The notes below the pieces were generated by a model, which was given only the letters and a program-made list of their open reading frames with translations, was not told where the DNA came from and ran no database searches. A stretch of DNA of 64,000 nucleotides from Schmidtea nova (Eukaryota), in contig CM097882.1 in assembly GCA_044892505.1 (NCBI GenBank), positions 434,806,001-434,870,000 on the forward strand, written 5' to 3'. The position numbers were made by a program, and so were the translations under genes. Numbering within the stretch: the first letter of the stretch is position 1; each line of letters starts with the position of its first letter. Below, in pieces: positions 40,700-51,204 of the stretch.

Positions 40700-43215
40700 G
40701 TTATGCGATCTTCGATTATATTTATGGGGTTTCTCTACCGTGACCTCTGTTTCTGCAAGTTTGCATCTGTTAACATGTACTACTATTGGGTCTTCATTTT
40801 TCTGCTTTTGTAAATGTAAATTCTCATTTATTACTTTTACTACTTCATATGGACCTTTTTATGGTCTTACTAACTTTGTTGTTTTTCCTTTTCCTACTTG
40901 TGGTGACATAAGTCTAACCTTATCACCTACTTTAAAGTTATGTGGTTTACTGTTTTTGTCATAGTCGGCTTTGTATTGTTCTTGTCTAAATTTGACTTTT
41001 AAGTTAGCTACTTTATACACTTCTTGCAGTTTTTCCTGCATTAGTGTGACATAATCGGGTGCGTCTAGATATTGTGATACTCGAGGTTCAAAAATTGTAT
41101 CTATCGGTGTTGCTGGTTCTCTTAAAAACATTAAATAATACGGTGAATACCCTGTTGTTTCGTTTGGAGTGATATTATGAATGTATGTGCATTGACTTAT
41201 GTATTCGTCCCAATCATTTTGATTTTTTCCTACAAAAACAGCTAGTCTGCTTAGTAATGTCCCATTAAATCTTTCTACTAGTCCATCCGTTTGAGGGTGA
41301 TACGCTGTTGTGTTGATCTTTTGCATGTTAAAAATATTAGCTACTCGTTTTATTAATTCACTAGTAAAATTTGTTCCTTTATCTGTTAATAATCTTTTGG
41401 GTGTGCCTATCTTGAAAATTATTTTTTCTATAAGCAATTTAGCAACTGTTTCTGCTGTTTCGTCTTTTGTTGGAAATGCTTCTGCCCATCTAGTAAAATA
41501 ATCACTAAATACTAGTATATGTTTATTCCCATTAATTGTAGTAGGTAATTTACATAGAAAATCCATTGCACATAGTTCCATTGGTGATGTTGTTGCTGGA
41601 ATGGGGTGTAACGGCGCTTTTGTTTTTGTACCTGTATTTTTTCTTGTTGCACATATTGTACACGCGTTACACCATCTCTTAACATCTTTCTTTAATTCTT
41701 CCCAGTAATATTTTGTAATAATCTACTTGCTGTCTTTCTAGATGATAAGTGACCTCCTAATGCTCCATCGTGATATTGTAGTAGGAGTATTTGTCTTAAT
41801 TTCTGAGGTACTACTATTAATTGCTTACCATTGAAATCTTCTATTACTACTAATTTCTTTGATATTTTATACTTTGAATTGTTTTCTTTTCTGATTTCAT
41901 TCCTTATTATACTGATCTCCGGGTCTTTCATCTGTTCCTCATATATATCGATTTGCTTTTCTGCTACTAGTGCAAATATTTCAAGTGCTCCTAATTCTGG
42001 TATTCTTGATAATGCATCTGCGTTTTTATTTATTCTACCTGGTTTATATATAATTTTTAGGTGCATGTCTTGTATTTTCATTGCCCATTTAAGTAATCTA
42101 CTTGATGTATCTTTATGTTTCCATAAGCCTTCTAATGGTTTATGGTCTGTTCTTATTATCACTTCAGTCCCATAGATGTATGGTTTGAATTGTTTTAGGG
42201 CGAATACTATTGCTTAACATTCTTTTTCTATTGTTGAATACCTCAGCTGTGCTCCTTTTAATGTTTTACTGGCATATGCTATTACGTAATTTTTCCCTTT
42301 CTCTTCTTCTTGGCCTAAGACTGCTCCTACGACTTTCCCGCTGGCATCCGTCATTACTATAAACTGTTTTTCGAAATCTGGGTATCTTAACACTGGTGCT
42401 GTTATCAATCTTTCTTTTAGTTTGTCGAATGCTTCTTGATGTTCTTTTGTCCACTTCTTTTGTATCTTGTTAACTTTATTGTTAATTTCTTGTACTATTA
42501 ACACGTCTTTGCATTCTCCTTTTGTTTTAATTCCCTTTGTTAGTTCTATTATAGGTGTTGCTATCTTTGCATAATCTTGTATGAATTTATGATAGTATCC
42601 TGTTAAACCTAAAACCCTTGTACTTGTTGTACTGTTTTAGGTATTGGGAATTTCTTTACGACTTCTATTTTTTCTGGATTTGGTTTTATCCCTTCTACTG
42701 TAACTATATGCCCTAAAAATAGTGCCGAAGACTCTGCCCATTTACATTTGGTTGGTTTAATTTTTATCCTTGCTTTTCTTAGTCTCTCAAGTACGTTTGT
42801 TATATCTTTTAGATGTTCCTCGAATGTCTTTGATGATATTAATATGTCATCCATGTATACTGCACAGTGTTGTACATTTATTAATATTGTGTTCATTAGA
42901 CGTTGAAATGTGGCTGGCGCATTAGTTAATCCGAAGGGTAATCGTGTGTACTCATATAAACCATCCTCAATAACAAATGCTGTTTTCTCCGCATCCCCTT
43001 CTTCCATTTGAATTTGCATATACCCCTTATTCGCATCAATGACTGAAAAATACTTAGCATCCCTAAGTTTATCGTATTGCTCTTGTGCTTTTGGGAATGG
43101 ATATGAATCTTTTACTGTTACACCATTTAATTTACGATAGTCAATGCACATTCTTATTTCTCCGTCTTTCTTTTTGACGGGTACAATGGGTGATGCCCAC
43201 TGTGACAATGCCTTT
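40700..43215 (-). pseudogene. pol: Element 2 pol (RT 42609-43205, RNase H ~41990-42500, integrase ~40760-41780)
   Basis: RMCIDYRKLN, PFGLTNAPATFQR, YMDD, TDASG, DHKPL, YHDGALGGH, AMDFL, LTDKG, VERFNG, KGPY. Confidence 0.93.
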
Positions 43216-43244
43216 ACGAAAGCAAGTCTCTGTAGCATCTTACT

Positions 43245-46012
43245 GCCGTACTATCAACACCGCAAACTCTCTTCCGGTACGTTGTAAAGTACGCCCTCTT
43301 TCGAACGAAAAACTAGATTTTGTTCGCTCCGAATTCGCTACTTTGTTGAACGAAGGCATTATAAAAAGATCTAAATCTCCATGGTCTTCACCACTTCATC
43401 TCGTACCAAAGAAAGACGGAACTTTCAGACCTTGTAGAGATTATCGTCGTTTAAATATGATTACGGTTCACGACTCATATTCTATGCCTTTAGTAAACGA
43501 CATTTTGTACAGACTTACCGAGGCCAAAATATTTTCAACTACCGACTTAGTTAAGGCCTATCACCAAATCCCAGTTAAAGAATCTGACGTGGAAAAAACC
43601 GCAGTTTTAACACCTATCGGACTTTTTGAGTACGTTTTCATGCCGCTTGGTCTTAGAAATTCCGCTCAAACCTTTCAAAGACACATCGACCATTTTTTAA
43701 TGGATTTACCATTCGCAATTCCTTATATTGACGATATCCTCATTGGTTCTAAGGATGCGGAAACACACAAAAAACATTTAGATGCAGTTCTTTGCGCACT
43801 TTCTTCCAATAACCTACAGATTAATTTAGATAAGTGTTTATTTTTTAAAGAAGAAGTCCGTTTTTTAGGTCACATTATCTCGGGCCAAGGCGTCAGTTCA
43901 CCATCTGACAGACTAGATACTATATCTAAGTTTCCTCTTTCACAAACTGTTACTCAACTTCGGAGTTTTCTGGGAACAGTAAACTATTGCCACCGTTTTA
44001 TTCCTAAAATTTCAGAAATTCTTTCACCTCTTTCTGGTTACTGTTCTAGACCAAAGAAATCTATAATTCCTTGGATCGATACTTCGTTGCTCGCTTTTGA
44101 GCATGCTAAAACAGCCCTTTCAAACATACAGACTTTGCATTATCCACGAGGAGATTTGCCATTACGTTTAACCACAGACGCGTCAAACATAGCAATCGGT
44201 GCCGTTTTGCACCAGATAAACGGTTACATCCCAGAGCCACTAGAATTTTACTCAAAGAAACTTACCTCACCACAACAAAAATATTCAGCTTTCGACCGCG
44301 AACTTCTCGCTATTTTCCAGTCGGTTAAACATTTTAAGCATTTACTCGAGGGCCGTCTTTTTAGCATCCATACAGACCATAAGTCACTTGTTTACTTGTT
44401 CTCAATGAAAGACCCTTCTCCGAGACAACAACGCCAGATTAGCTATAGTAGCGAATTTTCTTGCCAAATATATCACATCGCCGGCAGTGATAACATTATA
44501 GCTGATTGCCTCTCACAAAATGTAAACGCAATTATCCATTGTCCTTTATTTTCTATCGACGAACTCCAAAATAATCCTCCAGATGCCATTGATATTTCGA
44601 AATTTGGCGACAAACATATAATCAAAGACAAAATTCACTACGACTCATCTCTTCCTGGCACTCTTCGCCCAATCTTGAACGACTCCATGAGAAAACCGGC
44701 TTTTCTATCTATCCACAACGAGCACCACCCAGGTTCCTTAGCCACTTTTAATCTATTACACACGTGTGTAGTTTGGCCAAACATGAGACATGATGTTAAA
44801 CTCTGGGTTGCACAATGCATAGGATGCCAACGTTTTAAAATAATTAAGCACACAAAACCTCCAATAATTCATTATCCCACTGGCAACCGTTTCGAAAACT
44901 TACACATTGACATCGTCGGCCCAGTCCCAAGTGACTGCGGTTTTTCTTACTTAACCATGATCGACCGCAAGACTCGTTGGTTCGAAGTCATTCCTTTACG
45001 CACCATTTCTTCTAACACTATCGCAACTTCGCTAATTCAAAATTGGATTTCACGATATGGAGTTCCCAAGTCGATCATCAGTGATCGCGGAACACAGTTT
45101 GAATCTAACTTATTTCAAGCTTTGACCGCTAAACTTGGGATACAACATCTTCGTACGACCACATATCATCCACAAACAAACGGGTTAGTCGAACTTTTCC
45201 ATCGTACTTTAAAAGCTTCTCTTGGCATTCTTTCTGAACAACAAGGTTGGACAAAGGTTTTACCTTTCGTATTATTAGGTTGGCGAAATACACCTTCTAG
45301 GACTACAGGATCATCACCTGCTCAATTACTTTTCGGTACAAACACATCGTTACCCGGTCAACTTGTCGACTTTGATAACTCTCCTACTTTGGAAGATCTC
45401 GCGATTGCCAGAGACCATTTTTTATCAATCGACACTAATCCTGAATTCTCTTCCGCGACCACCTATAAACCTTACATTCCAAAAACATTCGAAAAGGCAT
45501 CACACGTCTATATTAGAAATATAACTGATGCAAGTTTAAAGCCAAGATATTACGGACCTTACAAGCTCGTCGAGATTAAAGAAAACAACGCGAAAGTGAT
45601 CGTTAACGACGCTACACAAACATTTAACCTCTGCCGTCTTAAACCAGCTTTAGTTTTGCTCGATGATGAACCTCCATCTGACAATTTCTCGACCCAAACC
45701 GATATAATCCCGAACTCTCACATAAACGATAATGACCCTATCAATTCCACTGAGGACGATCTTTCCAACAACTCACTTTCATACCCGATTGTTCAAATAT
45801 CAGACGCAGAAAACAAAATTACGGAAAAATCTGAATACATACCGTTTATCCCAGAACCAAATGACGTACTTCGTTTACCACCCATTTTGAGGAAAGCAAA
45901 TCAAACACAAAATAAACCAAAGTCCGTCACTTACAACAAATGGGTTCGTGTCCGTTCTATTAATCAAAAACCGGATTCACCAACCAGACTAATAAAAATC
46001 TATTCAAATTAA
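43245..46012 (+). CDS. pol: CsRn1-like Ty3/Gypsy pol (RT-RNaseH-INT), open frame but 5'-truncated (no gag or protease)
   Basis: SPWSSP, PLGLRNSAQTFQR, YIDD, TDAS, DRELLA, DHK, HNEHHPG..CIGC, HIDIVG, ISDRG, VELFH, YYGPY. Confidence 0.93.
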
Positions 46013-46212
46013 CTGCATCACTTTCCACCAAGTTCTATTAGTTTTTTTTCTCGGTTTCCTAAATTTCTTTCGCAATTCTTTCTCAGGTTCTTCCATTTCA
46101 TTCACAAATCTTTCCAAATACTTTCTGGACACTACAAAATACCATATTATTATATACTAAACTACTATATTACGTATCTACATTATAGTATTTCAAAATG
46201 TCCTCCGCATCT

Positions 46213-46290
46213 TCCTATGGGGGCTGATGAAGTGGTCTAGAAAGCCGATATCGAAGATTCTCTCAAATGATATTAGATTTTCAACAAGTC
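46213..46290 (+). promoter_or_regulatory. PPT-like G-run and start of a truncated 3' LTR
   Basis: tcctatgggggctga then TGAAGTGG at 46228; same arrangement as 3247-3263. Confidence 0.5.
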
Positions 46291-46536
46291 AAATGACGAT
46301 TTACCTCCAAAAACAATCTTAGTAAAAAAATAATATAAAATTTTAAACTGTGATAAAATTGTAAAACTTTTATTAATATCCTTGTACAAAAACATTTTGT
46401 TTTAATTAAAGGTATAAATATTGGGATTTTTAAAATAGATAGTTTGAGAAGTTTATTCAATTCGTTAAATTTTTTGAAATAGAAATTTTTGAAATTTATT
46501 ACATTTTCAAAGATTATAATATTAAAAGCATTAATT

Positions 46537-46888
46537 ATGATTCTTTTATGCTTCTTTATCAGTGTTCTGCTACAGACAAACAACTAATGAATGTCCATGT
46601 TTTATATCGACATGGCGATAGAGCACCTGTTATTATATATCCAACTGATAAGAATAGGGAAGACAAGTGGCCCAATGGGATTGGAGGATTAACAAATCGA
46701 GGAATTATGCAGCATTTTAATTTGGGCATGTGGCTACGACGTCGTTACAATGACTTCCTTGGGCAATATTTAAACTATTCATTAATAGAGCATTAATGTC
46801 TGCCGAATCAAATCTAGCAGGTTTATTCAACAACCTATCTAAAGAAGTGATCAACGGTCTAAAGTGGCATCCTTTCCCGATTCAAACT
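46537..46888 (+). pseudogene. Intronless fragment of a histidine acid phosphatase (ACP2/ACPP-like)
   Basis: Signal-like start, VLYRHGDRAP, WPNGIGGLTNRG, LGMWLRRRY, RALMSAESNLAGLF, WHPFPI; frameshift and internal deletion. Confidence 0.85.
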
Positions 46889-46961
46889 CGATCAAGACAT
46901 TTGTGTTTATCACCACCAAAATTTGCCTTTCTTCATTCCTTTGGATTTTTATTAAACGTAT

Positions 46962-48137
46962 TTATTTATCATGTTTTGCCGTAATCAGGTATTTGGCTAC
47001 AAACGGGCATAAACATGCTAGTAATTTATATGAATTTCCGAATACTTGTTTCAGCTGTCGTAGTGATTCTAAGGAAGAACAAATCATTTTTAGTAAAAAC
47101 AACCGTATAGTAAATTCCCAAAATTGTAGAGAACATGTTTCCAAGGACTGCAAAATATCCCCATATACTATATAATACTTTATATACTACTTTTTTGAAA
47201 TATTCTTTTGATAACACCACGTCAGAGTTGTAATTTCCTCCATAACTTCCTTCGATAACTTTGTTCACCATTATTGACAGTATTCCTTCTTTTTCGTTTG
47301 GGAATAACATGTGTTTTCTTGCACTTTCTATAGCTTCTCTCGTATATATGCCATTGCTATCCATATCGTTGATTTCTTTAAACTCCAATCTTTTTTCAAG
47401 CTCTATGAGTTTTAATTTGAGGGGTTTCATCGCCTCTTTCCTATCTGACATAGATATCCACATTTCGTCATTTATCTTATATAATGGATTAGTACATTTT
47501 TCTATTTTTCTTGGTACATAAGTTTTTTCTGTTAGTATTCTCGTAATCGGTTGAAGGTATACTCTTTCTCCTTTGTATACTACAGGTAACTCGTTTGTGC
47601 ACTGATTGTTTGTTGCTAATGATACACTAACAGGTTTACATTGGAATGTCTGTATTACTTCCCCTACTATTCTAGCAAATGTTCCCTCTTCTGAAAAGAT
47701 TATTGGGGCCATTAAATCTTGGTTTGTTACTGCGACTGCCATTTTTGTTCTTAATATTTCTCGGTTGAGTTTGCAATCGCTCATAATTGTTGATTGGTAC
47801 ACTTTATCTAGTTGCACTAACTGATTATGATAGAAGAAATCGATTTTATTGTTAAAATACGAAGCGAGTTTGACGTTGAATTTGTTTACTTTCTGTTTTG
47901 CATCTTTAACTTCTTCCTTACTTACGTATATCCCTTCATAATTAGTTCGTATTATTTCCTTACCGCATTTTACACTTTTTCCTTTACTAACAAACCTCAT
48001 TTCTTCATTTTCGGATTCTGACATATATATTGTTGGTGTATCTTTTTCTTGTACAATTGTTGTTTTTCTTTTCTGATCTCTTACTCTTTTAGAATCTACT
48101 TCTGTGAACTGCTTCCCTTTAATTTCTCTAAATTCTC
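46962..48137 (-). pseudogene. env: Chuvirus-like class III fusion glycoprotein (env-like), C-terminal two-thirds with TM
   Basis: CGKEIIRTNYEGIY..YFNNKIDFFY..DCKLNREIL..GTFARIVGEVIQTFQCKPV..CTNELPV..YLQPITRIL..WGYFAVLGNMFSTILGIYY; frameshift near 47080. Confidence 0.8.
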
Positions 48138-48265
48138 GTTTCAAAAATTTAGGAAACGAGCGAATTTACAAAATGTAAAAATCTCTGGAGAGGCAGGCAG
48201 TGCTGATAATAAAGCTGCTGAGGATTTTGTAGCTAAATTCGATGATTTCCTTAAAGAAGAAAATC
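48138..48265 (+). mobile_element. Internal pogo/Tigger transposase fragment
   Basis: FQKFRKRANLQNVKISGEAGSADNKAAEDF matches the Tigger/pogo motif RFKKR..L.NVK..GEAASAD. Confidence 0.75.
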
Positions 48266-49400
48266 TATTTATTACCCAACTCATCCATCCTTCTTCGGAT
48301 TCTTCTCTTTCTACTCTTGTTAAACGGTTTATTTCTACTGCTTGTCTTTGATTGATGTTACTTATAGTTTGATTTTCTCTGGTGAGCTCAGTTATAACTC
48401 TTTTTTGCTCTTCTGTTCTATGCAATTGTTCAAAACAGTTGTTATAACTCTCTGATAATAGAATTTGTCTTTCCGCTAGTTGGTTTTGTAATGAGTTGAC
48501 TGTTCGTACTAGTAAATCACATTGCGCTTTCCATCTCATGGCCATAGTTATTTCAGTTGTTTCGTCTTGTTCGTTCATTTCTAAATTATATACATCAATT
48601 ACTTTCTCGTTTTCTCTTTTTATGTATTTTATAATATCGATACCCATACTATTACGGTAATGCTTTATTATTTATACTATTATTTACAGTCATAATCCGC
48701 CCCTATACTCTCATTACTTTCCTTTCGTCGTATCTCTCTTCATCTTCTATTTGCTTCCAAAATTCTTTACCTTTCGTTCTTCTTTGAAATTCTTTCTGTA
48801 TTTCTTCTGGTATTTCTATTCTTTGATTCGTAATTTTAATATCTGGCCATTGTATGGCTGTCGCTTTATTTCTCCTCCTGTACATCCAACATACTATCAT
48901 GCTCGTTGTCAGTATTCCACCTGTTATTAATATTCCCATACTAATTACTCCTATTACTATTTTACCAGTGTTTGTTTCTTTGGTTTTATTCTGATTCACC
49001 CTTATCTCATATTTGTCTTGGATTTGAGCCTCCGGCTTCCTCTCCTTCTGCGCTTGGCTCTTGACTTTGTTCATTACTTCTTGTGTAGACCAATGGTGGT
49101 TTAGTATTTGTTTGGCGTAGTTTTCCGTTGTTCGGTTTCTCATGTTTCCTGTTTCGATATGTTGATTCAGTTTCTCCGAGATCTGGTATGATCCGCACTC
49201 TGTCTCCTCTGAATTTTTTCCTGTAAAGGTACATATCGCGTATGTCTCATTTACCTCCTTTTGCCTTAATTCGACTTTTCCCTTGTTCCCTGTTTCTTTA
49301 CAATGGGTTAGGTTATCTTCTTCTACTTCTGGGTTATGTTTTATCCAACATACTCCTTTCACAGTCTGTTTGAGTCCTATTAATGTTAAATTATTATTTC
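48264..49400 (-). mobile_element. Fragment of a sister copy of the giant element (last FN3-like repeat, TM, tail, spacer and coiled-coil ORF)
   Basis: Collinear with ~56177-57310; proteins 48703..49362 and 48264..48578 closely match 56622..57280 and 56137..56493. Confidence 0.93.
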
Positions 49401-49953
49401 CTAGCGATTTTTCTTTTGAGCGCGTTATTCACTAATATATAACGAACAACTGTTTTATAACTAAGTTTTATTAATATATTACAAATGCTGGGTTCATGGA
49501 GGGGTTAGATGGAAAATGCTCTAACAATGACTAGGGATCCCTCATCCATGATCATGCATAAAATTGCAATTCTACACTCAAGCGCCCTTGATTATTTCCC
49601 TATATAATCAAGTTGGTGATGCGCAGGGTGGTTAAACAATGATGGGCAGGTGAGCACTATCGCTAGTACTACTCCCCATTTATGTTTACGGGTTCATCGC
49701 TGCCGTTAGAAGGACTTATGCTTTAATCATCTACTTATGTATTCCGCGTTAATCTTTCAGAAAATTTATTTTTATCATTGCTCAGTCTGCGAGAAGTATT
49801 TCAACGAATGCTCGCTTAATGATTTAATTATCTCTATTCGATATTTTGTAAAATGAATTTATACTTTTGTTCTATCTTTATCTAATCATTGGTAAAGTTA
49901 ATTAAATCAATTTAAATGAACGATAAAATTCTTAAGCCAATACAACAATTTAT

Positions 49954-50550
49954 TTAATTTTTAATTAGTTCGGTAAAAACTCCCGCCGGAGGAAAAATCT
50001 CCGTCAATAATGCCTCCTCGGTCATCTGATGTAGACCATCTACTTGGCTTTGTAATCGCTGGGCAAATAATTTTCTCCGTCTCCGCCGTTTCTGCCCAAT
50101 GCGCTTGCGTTTCTGGTGCGCATTTGCCGATGAGGTGGTTGAATTTGCTGCAGGAGCGGTCTCATTCCGACTTTCGATTAGATCGGCGACATCCGTGCCA
50201 ATAGAGGTTACCGTCTTCTTTTCTGATGTCCAAGCTTGATACGTAACCGGACGGATTTGCTCTCTGAGCTCTTTCTCAATATATGAGGCCGTTACGGAAT
50301 GGAGGCATTTTCGGAGTTCTATCTTTGTAGCCTCCCATTCCTTTTGATAATCGGCTGCCGTCTGTTGGGCGCGCTCGGTTTTACTGATTTGCTCCTTCAT
50401 TCGGGCCGGAGCAAACCAGCTTTTGCGCAAGTATGCAATCTGTGCCTCTGCTTTGATCAATTGTGCCTTGAGGAGACCCAATTCCTTGTCCTGGGCTCTC
50501 CGAATCCGCCACATCTTTTCCAATTCTCTCTGCATCAAATCGGTGTTCAT
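49954..50550 (-). CDS. Hypothetical coiled-coil protein with basic NLS-like tract, inside the putative LTR
   Basis: 198-aa ATG ORF; KRKRIGQKRRRRRK; TAG-a-ATG context. Confidence 0.55.
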   Translation of the reverse strand: MNTDLMQRELEKMWRIRRAQDKELGLLKAQLIKAEAQIAYLRKSWFAPARMKEQISKTERAQQTAADYQKEWEATKIELRKCLHSVTASYIEKELREQIRPVTYQAWTSEKKTVTSIGTDVADLIESRNETAPAANSTTSSANAHQKRKRIGQKRRRRRKLFAQRLQSQVDGLHQMTEEALLTEIFPPAGVFTELIKN

Positions 50551-50727
50551 TCTATAATTTGTTTAGGATATTTACTCTATGATTTAATTATATAAAAATT
50601 AAAATCTGATCATAGGATTATTAGGTTACGAATATGAACTATTAAAATGCGAAACAAAACTCAAAAACAAAAATTCACTAATGAACTCTAATATTTTAAC
50701 ACAATTTCAACATTTGTTAATCAGTTT

Positions 50728-51204
50728 TCATCTCCGAAACAAACTATGCAATTCACTGTTAATCGGTTTCTGACGAAGACGAGCCCAAGAGAATGAGGGT
50801 TGTCCTTTCTGGCACTCCTTGCCGAACGGTTTTCGTGGTAAGAATTCGTACAGACCCAGTTGGCATAGCTCTCGACGAGGGATATGCCCCCAATAAATTA
50901 CACGGCTTGTCCGTCCATCTGTGTCCTTGATCAGTACGACAAGTCGGCCAAATTTGTTTGAGTACGGCCTTTGGGAAATCGGCCAGTTCGGTCCTCCTCG
51001 ATAGAGTATTTTATCGTTTCCTCCGTCCCAGATGGAAAACGGGCACTTTCGACCAAACCCTTGCCGCCACTTGTATGCTTGGGCGTTAATGGTCCGCAGA
51101 ATTGGCTGGGGCAACTCCTTGAGCTGATTGGCCCATCCATTCGCCCTGTCCTCCTTTCCTGAGTTCCGAATCCGCATTAATCTTTCGTTCAACGATGTCC
51201 GCAT
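50728..51204 (-). CDS. Hypothetical basic protein inside the putative LTR
   Basis: 158-aa ATG ORF, relatively GC-rich island flanked by AT-rich spacers; CAG-ATG context. Confidence 0.5.
   Translation of the reverse strand: MRTSLNERLMRIRNSGKEDRANGWANQLKELPQPILRTINAQAYKWRQGFGRKCPFSIWDGGNDKILYRGGPNWPISQRPYSNKFGRLVVLIKDTDGRTSRVIYWGHIPRRELCQLGLYEFLPRKPFGKECQKGQPSFSWARLRQKPINSELHSLFRR

Larger units (their letters stand above)
37600..43215 (-). mobile_element. Element 2: degenerate Ty3/Gypsy retrotransposon with extended cargo (membrane module and exonuclease-like ORF); 5'-truncated at RT
   Basis: RT, RNase H and INT fragments followed collinearly by additional A-rich ORFs on the same strand. Confidence 0.85.

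Noticed and set aside
43190-43245. N-terminal MMPTVTMPLRKQ of the 940-aa ORF
   Set aside because: Crosses the junction with the opposite-strand element; not a genuine start
46962-48137. Glycoprotein as the env of element 1 or element 2
   Set aside because: It lies beyond element 1's putative LTR and upstream of element 2's RT, separated by unrelated fragments; linkage cannot be supported
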